Assembly (NCBI GenBank): GCA_051294905.1
Contig: CM119372.1
Location: forward strand, 5,458,001-5,522,000
DNA length: 64,000 bases
Direction: 5' to 3'
Source of the DNA: Botryllus schlosseri
Lineage: Eukaryota
Below are positions 14,401 to 26,400 of this stretch, piece by piece (the first letter of the stretch is position 1; the number at the start of each line of letters is the position of its first letter). The notes beneath the pieces are model-generated. The model was not told the origin of the DNA, did not search any database, and was given only the letters and a program-made list of their open reading frames with translations. The position numbers were made by a program, and so were the translations under genes.

Positions 14401-17400
14401 TGATCTTATATGATGTTATTGTTACCTCTTCGGGTTCTTTTTTTTTTAAAAACATTTTTCCTTGTTTGCTACGCTCTGCTTTCAGACATTCTAACTTCCG
14501 TTTCCTTGATTCACCTTGATAGACGTCGTATTTTCCCGCATGTGTTTTATAATGCCTCTTAACGTTGAAAGATTTTACACCGTTTATTATTATAGGGCAC
14601 AGAAGGCATTTCGCTTTGCCGTTTTCCTCAATTTGAAAATACGCCTCTTCCCATTCACTTTGAAAGGCCCGATTTTCTTGCACAAGGGTGCGAGATTTCT
14701 TTGCAGGTTGATCTGAACCTGACATTATCATTGAACCAAAGTCTCCGATATTTTCTAACGCTATCAAGATCAAAGCAAAGAGTAAGAAAATAAAGTACCT
14801 GCAGTTACCCCAAACGTTGATTGTCTTATTGACCGAGTCTCTTGTCACCCGTATTCTAATATGAGCCGCCGTCTCGAGCGAAATAAACTTCGCCCGTCTC
14901 ATTACAGACACCTGATTAGGCTTAGGTCAGACGGTCAGAGCCTTCAGTAAAGCAGTAAAGGTTCGGATTTAAAGCCTACCGAAATTACTATCGGTAATGT
15001 TACGTCACAACCCGTACAACTTGTATTACGTAGGATTCTATTGTGATCAGGGAATGACCTTCGCGTCAGTAAACGTGAACATAAACGTACATTTGTTGTG
15101 TTGAAGGCGCGATTTATTTATGATCATGAATAATTAGAATTTCCGTAGAAGCATCAATGATTTCACATCGTTAGTGAGAGCCGCACGGAGAGCAGTCGAG
15201 AGCCGCATGCGGCTCGGAGAGCCGCGGTTGAGAATCACTGACTTTGCTCATCTGCATATTATACATCACCTAATTGCATTATTTTGTTATGTAGGTTATT
15301 GATTTGGACAGTTGCCAGATTAAGATTCTCTCTCTCTCTCTTGACTTAACAAGGATTGATTCGGATTACTATGAGGTATGATGTGAAGATATAACATTCT
15401 AATATATCGTGAGTCACGTTTTACTTAACACTGCGACACTACACACGTGTAGGTAAACTAAATTTCATTTCATTTTTCATTGAAATCTCACTCCGTTCAC
15501 TGCTAATATTATGAGGTTGCGTCGCAGAAATGCTGTTCTTACAGGTTTGGCGACAAAACGCATATGTGTTTTACAATGGAGTTCATGTAGATATTTAAAA
15601 ACATAATTCAGACTTGAAAATTTTTCGAGTATATTTATATTACAGCAGGGGTGGGCAGACCTGCTTCATGTGCGAGCCGCCTATCAAAAATGTTAGCTTT
15701 AGAAGAGCTCGATTCGAGAGTTGAATTGCAAAGTTCTAACCGTAGTGCAACTCTCCCAAGAATTTTACAAGTCTTGCGTAAACCATAGAAACAACCAAAA
15801 GACAACACGAAAATAACACGCATATTGTTAATTCGCGATAGAATACATCAATTTATAGTCGGGTTAAACTTATCTAGCAAAATGGTCAAACGCATGCGCA
15901 ATCAATCGCTGTAAGAGCCGCAGTTTGCCCGCTCCTGTAACACAGGTTTTCAAAAAGGAAGCCGTGAGATAGCTACCTGGCTAGTAAGGTGTATCCCATC
16001 ATGATATTTCGTGCAGGTCCCGACACGGTCGCTTTGTTCCCGAGGAATTGCGGGGGCGTTTTACCCACGGTGATGTTGAAGCTGTCCGGCTCAACGGAAT
16101 CCCAGTACTGAATTATCATAACCGATAATTACACCCAACACAATGAAAATCACCCAAAAAGTGTCTCACAGATGGATTGGTAATCATGAAATAAACTTCA
16201 CATATTGTCGGGCTACTGCCTTGAAGAACTTGAAACGTTTCGTAAGTCACTGTGTATGTGCCTTCCACCAAAATACGACGGTAGGTCTCAAAACTCTCGG
16301 CGTTGCTTCCAGCCGTGCCTTCTACCTGCATTAAATCATCCGTTACCATACATCACGCGCCAACAGTGGCTTCCAAAAGCGTCACCTCAATGCCAAATCT
16401 ATCCCGAACGCCGCCAGTGTTTGTGATCCACATCATCGAAACAAATGGGTAGAGACTCTTGGAAGAGAAAGTGATCACGCCATTACTGCGAAAAGAGAGA
16501 AAGTTTTTCAACACCCGAACTATTACATTCATGCATTGCAGTGTCTCACTCGTAAGGCTTTCCGTATGGTTGATTGATAACTTCGTCGCTTGTGAGCAGT
16601 GTGCCCCATTCCAACGAGATCTGTATGTACAAATCTTAATCATTCTGACATCTGTTTTAGATATTGCCAATGATAAACTGTGCAATAATGATATCCTGGT
16701 ACCATACGTAAGGCTTATGCAGAAAGTGAGATGTATTTTATATGTGACAGGATTCCTGGTACCGCTTCAAAATCAAGTTAGTCTATGACTAATTACAATT
16801 ACCACTGGAGGCCATTATGGAATTTGCAGGTTCCACGGCTGGGTTTAGTTACTCCAAATGCTTTTCACGGGATAGGCATTTAATGCTATAGTCAAGTACA
16901 TGGTGGGCTACGCAATAAGTCATAACATATATCCATACAGCAGTACGTAGCTTCACGAGTGCAGAATTATTCTCATTAGAGGCAAAGTTATAATTTCCTG
17001 CCTCTCCTCGGGGCATATGTACGTCAGGTCAAAATACAGCGAAGGATCACAACTTGAAATCCAAGAAGATCACAAAACGTACCGCATTTCCACCATTGTA
17101 CATATCATTGCCACCGTCAGCTATGTTTGTGTAGTCGGGACCATCATACCAGTAGGTGGTCCAGTTGGAGATGTAGCTCACCAATTGATCAGAGTCACTC
17201 AGAATGCGGTACAAGTAGTCGTCGACGACAGTACCATCTGTGAAATGACGGCACCTATTTAGCAATATGCGTCATTTAAAAAACATCACATGCTGCTGAT
17301 CTGGTCCAAAAGATACGCACCAGAAAATAGGTAAAGAAAAGCCGAAGTAGGTGAACTGTGGACATATGCGTATGTGGGTTAAGTGGGGGGTTTGGGTTGA

Positions 17401-20400
17401 CCTAAGGTCACTTTCGAAGTGATAAAGTCACGTGCTCATGTGTCCAATGCTCGACGGTCGTTTTTGATTATGTGACATGCTCAAATGTCGGGCAACTTGC
17501 TTATACACATCTTGCACGATCACCAAAGTCAGTTACTACAGACAAATTGACAGATGTATGGACACAGATCAATTTTCGACGGCATCTATCGCGCGGAGCA
17601 CTCACTATGACGCTCGACGATGTGGTTGACGTTAAGAGTGAGCGATGTCGCTTGAACTCGTTCGGTGAGCGCAATCCAATACAATCCTTCCGTCACATCC
17701 GTAACGGTGGCCGCAAACACTCGGATTCTGTCCGTTGGACCGTCAAACATTTCCATCGGAAATACTTTGCCATCCGGCGCCTTCACTTCTGCGTTTACAT
17801 TTGCCCAATCTCCGTCGCATATAGCGTATATCATCATCTCCGACTTGTCCTCTCTTCCGGCGATGTGAGAGTCGAACTGCTCCGGCAGGTGATCGATCGA
17901 GAGCACTGCGACAAGGCAAGGCCTTATTTCAAAGGCAGACAAGACGGCAGACTTCCATCTCGTTGCAATAAGGCGTCGTGTTGCCATCATTGGATGCCGG
18001 GATCAAAATTGGACAAGATAATGCTAGTTGTGAAATTAGACTAATTCGAGAAAAATTCCAAAATGGACTTCCACTTGAAGTATCTTTGACTGGTCTAGAA
18101 AATGTAACTTTGATTCGTCTAGAAAATCTCACTTGCAACAGAATAGAAATTTACAGCGTTACTTCAAATTATACGACAGTACAGAAACAGACCTATAGTA
18201 CAACATCCGGATGTACTTTTTGAACTGTGGATGGTAATAAGCGACGCACTGCTTCTAAGAACAACTTGACATTGAATATATTAGTGAAAAAGTTGTGAAA
18301 AAAGCGCTAAGACTGTTGAGCTGTCACTAAACTTATTCACCATTTAAAATAGTCCAAAGCGCAACCTTTTGAAATTTTTTTGACACTTTTCAAACATTTC
18401 CCGGTCAAAACCAAGTTATCGCAAGATATAGTGTGGAGCTATATCTTTGATCAAACAGTCGGACCAAATTGTGGTTTCACTCCCAACATTTTGAAAAATA
18501 TCAGAAGAAGATAGTCAATGCTCATTGGTTATTCTAAGGCAGTGGTTCTCAAACTTTTTTTAGACATGCCCCACTTGATGATATCGCCATATTACCATAT
18601 CAAAAACACACAAGAAAAGCATACTTGGAGGGCAGGGAAGGTTGTGACTGTTAAGAGACTTTTCCAATATGAAATTCGGACTAGTCACAGAGCAATAATT
18701 ATAAGCCAGATGTAAATCGCAACGAGTGCGAAAGAATTTTCAGTTGAATGATTCGTCAAAAATAATCCAGTGCAATGGTAGCACACAGCACATAGATATT
18801 TTAGCGATTTTGGTGTCTGTATCCCTTCTATTAGCCCACTGGAGCTTGGCTTAAACGTAGCCAACCTGACCATAAGCTCAGTCAAAAACCAAACGGAGCA
18901 GGCCGCAGTCATTCAAACTTGGCACTTCTTCACGGGACAAACAGTTTTTCTGTTCAGCAAGAGTATATTTCTGTCGGGTACTTTTGGACTGCCATAAAAT
19001 GTGCTTCGTAAGGATGGCATTCTACAAAATGAGTTCTCATTGAGTATACTCGGAGGGGCTAGTTGGACGTTTCTTAGATTCAAAAGGTATATCATACATG
19101 GCATGTGACGTGACCTTGTAAGGAAATATCTTACTGCAGACTCCACAAGTCCAAATGGCCAGAAAAGAAGATGCACGGATGAATGATTATCCCACACATC
19201 ACACAACCCAATCACAAAAAATTCTTGTTCTTGAAATGAAGCAGGTATCTAAAGTCCTAAAACAGCCACCATTTTCACACATAGGCCTACTGACCGATCG
19301 ATGGATTGAAATGTACTTACAGTAAACAGTAATGTTCAGCATGTCCGACGACACCTCTCCAAATCGCGACGCGTAAAAAGTATATACCCCGGCGTCTTCG
19401 ATGAATAGATTAGGCATGGTGTAAGTGTAAGTCCTCTCCCCGCTGCCTACATCGGTCGTGACCGCTTCCTCCACATTGCCATCCGGCAAGACCACCATTA
19501 CAGTAATGTCAGCCCAATCGTTAGTGGTCACAAGTACAGGGATGTCCAATTTTCCGTTGTTGGTTTGCTGAAACAATTCCGTCGCCTCCGCTCGTATACT
19601 TGCAGTAAGAACTGGAAACGGAGCGAAGAAAAACAGGCTTTACAGACTTTTATTGCTAAGGGTAAAACAATCAGGTCGACCATTTTGTAAATATTGTATA
19701 GAAAGTCATCACTGATTTGTCTTGAGGTATGATTTCCAAGGCAAATGTGTGACGTATTGTTTAACCGGTTAGGACTACCGAATCGTGATAATTGAACTTG
19801 GGCCTGAACACTATGACTCGAACTTGACTCGGTGGTGAAGGGAAAATGACTCGTCTTCCCTCGAGTCAAAACAATTAAAGTAAAATTGGATTGTGATTCG
19901 GAAACTTGATTACAACCCTGACTTTATATGTGGCAACAGATACACCAGTGTTCAACATTTATAAAGAACACTCGATAACCATTCTACCTTGAACTGTTGT
20001 GCTCGATTCGAGCTGATATCCGGTAAAATCAGTTACGATAAACGTGTACACTCCATTATCCTGTTCGTCTGGATTAGCGATGGTGTAAGGGTATATCCTC
20101 GCGTTACCGTCTTCTGTGAAGTAGGTCAGAGGCACGTCGACCCCACCAGGGGTTGCAATCCTCACGCTTGAAGTTGACCAATCGGGTGCAACGATTCTAG
20201 AGCTCAGAGTGATGCTATTTTCGTCAGGCTCCACCACAGCCTCGGCTTCAGCAGAAATGCTGACACCTATAAGTGAATATCCATCAAGTTATTCCGGTAG
20301 TTTCAATGAAGTCTTATAGGACATATTCAGGCCCTAGAAAAACTGCAAGAAGACGAAGCAAGGGTGGAGAGAGTGTTTATTGATGCTATTTTAAGTACCA

Positions 20401-23400
20401 TCAATCCTGTCACTGTCAACTAAAATTGAACCACATTGGATAAAATATGTTTGAGATATTGCTAGTACACACACCTACGGTATGTGAGCGGTGGAGTAGG
20501 CTACTTTACGATACAGCAAGTAACAAGGCTACGGCTACCCATATCTTCTAATCCTTGATCAGACAACCGATTCAATGAAATATGTAACACGTAACAGCAA
20601 TATTTGCAAGGCTCAAAGCTTCAAGAGGCATCTCTTTAAATGACCAAGGTATTTGACGATTGAACTTGCAAAAGAGCGATTTTAAGCATTTGTCTGTAAA
20701 AGTTATTGAACAATAATTATTCTGCTTATAGGTGCAGTAACAAAGCGTTGGAAACAACACAAATCAATGGTCATTTCAATTTATCAAGAATGGACATCCA
20801 GTGATTTTGATGTAGCCTAATTTGAGTTTGATGAAGATATAGTTGGAAAACTAGACCATTTTCAGTTTTCCAAATTAGAATACAATTAGAATAATAGCTA
20901 TACGGTTTTTCCAAATTAGAATTACTGAATTCGCGAAAACGTGATAAGTTCTATTGATATCAAATCAGTGTTCATCAGCATCACTCGTTATGCACTATAC
21001 ACTTCTTTACCATTTTCAGGAAAACCAGACATCATATCGGAACTGATATTAGAGCATGAAAACATTTCAAATTTTAGATTAAAATTAGATTACCGCTATT
21101 TTCCTCCAATTAGTCCAATGCAGCATTCCATTGTATCCAGTAAACCAACAATTGAGAAATTTAGATCATTCAAAACTACGTGACAATAATGTAGACTACA
21201 CTCTACTGTGCATCAGGGCTGTTCAAAAATAACTTTTTTTTCTGGATTCCAGCCATTCAGTGATTAAATTGTCAGGTTACCCTAAAAAACGCTGCACACC
21301 AAATTTGGTTCAATTCCAACAAGTATAGGGCTCCACGGATCCAATTGAAATTTTTAATTTAAACAGGAAAATAAAAAATTTCAAATTTTTCTGTCAACCC
21401 CATGAAATTGTTGAGCTGTCTTCCGAGACGATGCAAAACAAATTTGACTCAATTCCATCTAGTAGAAGCGGAGTTATTGAAGTTTTTCGTTGATAATCCT
21501 CAGATTATCCTTGATTAGTGGATGTTCCGAGGATTATCAACTAAAAACTTCAACAACTCCACTTCTACTAGTCGGAATTCACTCAAATTTGTTTTGCATC
21601 ATCTTCGAAGACAGCTCAACAATTTTATGAGGTTGACAAAAAAATTGGAAAAATTTTATTTTTTCAATTTTCCCTAATAAATTAAAATTTTTAATTAGAT
21701 CTGCGGAGTCTTATACTTGTTGGAATTGAACCAAATTTGGTGTGCAGCGTTTTTAGGGTAGCCTGACAATTTAATCAGTGAATGGCTGGAATCCTGGAAA
21801 AAAAGTTATTTTTGAACAGCCCTGCATATATAACCGATTACTGTAGCACATGTGCTGACAATAAAAACTCATCATACCATCAACTTGGGAAAATAATCCC
21901 GCAATCTCTGTTAAGATCCCTTGCACAACGGCGTCATCAACCTTTTCCCCTCCGCTCCTGAAAATAAAGCAATAAGCTGTATCATATTTCGCATAGCTGG
22001 TCAAAAGTTCTATGTACTCATGTTGAAGTAGAGAAATAACATAAATATATATTTAGTTACAAGTAGAAGTAGCAATTGTCAAGATGCGCACAAACTACTT
22101 CAAGTAAATGTAACAAGCCAGAGGTCTCACTCTCTCTTTGGTGACTCGACTTGAGTCATTTTTTTCTGATGCGTAAAATGACTAGACTTGTACTCGAGTC
22201 ATTGTACATGACTCGAACCAAGTCATATGACTCGAGACTGACTAGGACGGCTAAGACAGACATTTCCTTGTTACTTATATAGAATAGCAAAGTCACCACA
22301 TTATTGGTATTTTGTCTATCAGTCCTGATATTTGGAAAACAGGGCCAGCAACTGTTAGTAATCCTTAGGACCGAGGAGAATTCAGATATTATGAATGCGA
22401 GCCATTCTATATCACTCGAGCAGAGTCGAAAAAAGTGGTTGAACCGGATTGAACTCATAACTGAACAGTGACCACAAGGAATTGGATTCGGACTCGTGTC
22501 CCAACTCTATGACTCGGACTTGACTCGGTGATGAATTGAGAATGACTCGACTTGACTCGAGTCAAAAATTATAAAAGGGAGATTGACTTGTGACTAGGAA
22601 CCTTGTAACTTGCTTACAACCCTGACAAATGTACTCATGCAGTTTCCAAAAGTAGATTTGATTGAGGCGATGCATACTTGGAGTAGACAATCAGAGGTAG
22701 CTACTTTCAAAATGCAATGACGCATCGTAACGGCCAACACAGAATGATTATTAATGACAATGCAAGCCGGTGTTGGCTAATTTCCGAAATATCGGGATGT
22801 TGATTACATGTAATACAAGGAGCTTTTGAAAATTTCACCCGTAAAAGTGATGCAAACCTATCCCAAATCGACTTTACAAAATCATAACTGTACAAGAGCA
22901 CGCAGATTTACTTGAAAAAACATGAAGTAGAAGTGGAAGTAGTCTTAAAGCATATCCATTTGAGTCAGTAGTGCAAGTCGGCAAAACCCACTTGAAAACT
23001 CCAAACATGTAGAAATAAATATTCCCTGAAAACTTCCTTCATTTCGATAGCACATTTTATATTCATCATTCTGAATACCTTGACAGCAAAGTGTATCCCA
23101 TCATCACGTTCTTGACTGGACCCCAAAGCGTGAAGTGATTCTCCAGACTGTTTGGCGGCGAGGCCGCGACTTCCATGGTGACGTTCTCAGGGTCAACCGA
23201 TTCCCAGTCCTGAATGTGTTTATGTAATGTAGAGGTTTAATTCGGAAATGACATTTGCACGGGACGCTTCTTACCGGGTTGCTGACGTAGAAGTAAACTT
23301 CGCAGATGCTCGGATCGGTGCTCAAGTCAAAGACTTGGAAAGTAGCGAATTCGATGTGGTAAGAATCGACATGGAAGTGGTTAAGTTCGGATTGTGAAAA

Positions 23401-26400
23401 ATTCCCGGTACCGACACCAGTTTGACTCGCAACCTGTACACGACACATTACGGTATCTAATGAAATCTACTGTCTACAGAAACATCCTGAATTCGAGAGC
23501 TCATCTTTATCATCACCATCGTTTTTACAGTTCCAATTGCATAAAAAAATTATATGGATTGATTGACCTTAGAAACTCACACTTTGGTCAGATCGCGTCA
23601 GTTTGCAACCACATGATAACCTCAATGTTACACATGCACACCAGCCTATATTGTTATCATCTAAAACCGCCGGTCCATGGCAAGTTTTCTACCGGTCCGC
23701 CAAATATATAAGACTTAAATATCTCAATTCCGAAATCAGAGAAATGAAACATTAAATTTTATCCGATTTCATATTTTCTGCATAGTGTCGCACTTTACAA
23801 TATCCATTTCATAGTCTGCTCGGGGCTTAGGGAACGTCACAATGCTGGAAGTGCTGTGTGAAAATGTTTAAAGTAACTCCCACAGCTCGTTCAGGAATTG
23901 TTATATGTGAAAGCTGTAAGAAGACATTTAAATATTGGTCGGTAAATTTCAACAGTACAATTTATTCTGATGTTTTAGCAGTCCGCAAGGTCAAAAACGT
24001 TGAAAGCCAGTGATGTAAAGCTGATCCAATATTGTTGAAAGTGTATTACATATAATTTCAAATTATCTGCTCTGCAGCTATGATTTTTCTCGATTGATTA
24101 ATACGTAACGTTAACAATGTTCAACATTCATCTAACCTACAAACGATTCGAGATCAATGGACTTGTGGCTAACTCATTGTAGAATAATGCGCAGTGCACA
24201 GGTGTCAAGTTATCCATATCTGCGATTTGTGTCAATATTTACAGGAAAAGTCAATAATTAGAAAATTAGGTGACACCACGCTCTGTGTTAGCATGGTTCT
24301 CGTAACCACAAGTGGAGGTTAGTACAACAAGACAATAGTTTATCATGCGAACAGGATATTTGATCATCAGAGATAATTGCAATATGATTTCACGGCCAAC
24401 AACAACGCTTACTTGATACCCGAACCGAGTTTGTGATCCTTCGCTGTTAGTAATCCACATTAACGATGTAAAAGGGTAAGTTGGAACGGATGAGAACTGA
24501 TAGCTTTGGAATCTGGTAATATATTGTACGCTCAAGGTGTGATCACAATTTACCGACAAACTACTAATATCCCCACCCATAAGGCTTTCCATATGGCACC
24601 ATGGATGTCGATTGGTCCTCGCTGGTTGAAATTGATAGCTGTGTAAGATACATTGCAATGCATCACTAGTAAACTTGTATTGGACAGGATTTAGTACTAA
24701 CGTAATTTCCTCTGTCATACATATCATTCCCTCCGTCAAGGACATAAGTACTATCAGGACCATCATAGAAATAGGAGTAAAAATCTGGAAGTGCCGCTGT
24801 CAGGGAAGCAGTTGCGAATTGAATCCTGTATAAGTATTCATCCACAGTCATGGTGGCTGGAATGTAAATGAATATTATGAAATGGTTTTTTCACGACATG
24901 ACCTTACTTACGATTCACTTCTACCATTGCAATTGCCTCGATAGCTTTGGATTGACCGCCAAGGGCTTCTGTGACTGTGAACTTGTATTCTCCCGGCACA
25001 ATGTCAGTGATCTCGCTGGTGTAGTATCTCCAATTCGACCCTAGTGACGTGGTCGTTTTCATGGTGACAGTGTATCCTTGACCCGATGGAGACAAAGTGG
25101 TGACAGTAATGTCGTCCCAACTGCTGTCCGTTCGCACGTACGATGATATCGTCAACTCGGTTGTTCTCTCGACGGCGTAATATTGTGATTCCGGGTGAAG
25201 CAGGGACACAGTGTAAACTAAAGTGAAAATTATTTTATTAGTAGGCCTAATAAGTAGTGTGGTTTTTTTGACCAAATTTTGTCAAAATTGCAGCTTAAGG
25301 TCAAAATTTTTTTGACGTCTGCATTTCGTTTGTATCGTAAATTTTGCACTGTCGGTTGACGTATCATTTGATATTTTACAGCTTGTAGCCTACTTTATAA
25401 GCCTACCGTTGTAAACGGCTAATCCTCTGCTCATTGTGAATCATAAACGGTCAAATAAAACAAATAGGTAGACATGGTATCATGGTCAGCGTAACGCAAT
25501 ATCCTAACTGAAGAAAGACTTCTTGGGCATTGCATCATTCTTATACTGAGAAGTGCATGATGAAAAATGGTGATGTGGACAACATTGTCAGAATGAAGCA
25601 ACACGGTGTGCCACCAGCAGTGCACACACAAGTTGAGGGTAGTCAGCCAACAACTGCTGCTGTTGCACGTTCTTGGCAAGTTTCATAGTGCACTTTCTAC
25701 CCAAGAATGTAGGAAAGTGTCTCTCTTGGTACCACAAATTTTTTAAATTATTTCCACCATAATACGTATTGTAATCCCTGGAATTTTTCATAGGGTCAGA
25801 TTTCGTTAAAATATTGTTTTTTTTTCATGTAAAAAGTTGCCTGTTTCTAAGCCAAAAACGTTTTTTCAGGCCAAACTTCTTCGTTAGGACAGACAGTTCC
25901 AACCAGAAATGTAGATAAGTGGTACAATTTTAACATTACGTGGGAAAACACCTAATTTGCATACGCTAGGTCAAAATTTGGTCAAAATTTTCTTTTTTTC
26001 AGGTAAAAAAAATTGCATTAGTAATAAGGCATTAGTAGCATGCACATGCACACTATATATTTTCTCTTGGCTATTTAGCACACAATAAAAGTGAGTGTGG
26101 ACATATTTTCGAACTTCTCATAATATAAATGATAAGATATGGTAACCAAGACTTCAGTGAACCTAACACAATGCGGATGAACCAGGGGACTGCACTTGCT
26201 TGCATCCAAAGACAAGACCTTGATCAAAGAGGCAAGCCGTCAGATTTTCATTAATAAAATTCAGCTACTCATGCAGTAACAGATGATTTTATTGCATGGG
26301 TGGGTAGTGGAGATTTTAACCGATCACATCTGAGAGAGAGAGATATGATATTCTTTCTCGCCTGCACCATCGAGATGCTTTGGCGACGGAAATGCGATAC

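Larger units (their letters stand above)
12345..15240 (-). mobile_element. Putatively autonomous hAT (Buster/SPIN) transposon in a gene A intron
   Basis: TIRs CAGTGGTTCTCAA and CAGTGATTCTCAA (rc), with subterminal palindrome GAGCCGCATGCGGCTC. The flanking 8-mers (tattagcc / actttgct) do not match, so there is no clean TSD. Confidence 0.85.

Noticed and set aside
14732..14911. N-terminal hydrophobic extension of the transposase (YFIFLLFALILIAL)
   Set aside because: It depends on a non-ATG start. In a eukaryote the first in-frame ATG is at 14731, so this is probably 5' UTR or intron.
25431..25791. Possible hAT transposase remnant (YPQLVCALLVAHRV)
   Set aside because: Only a faint echo of the CxxH region, too degraded to support.
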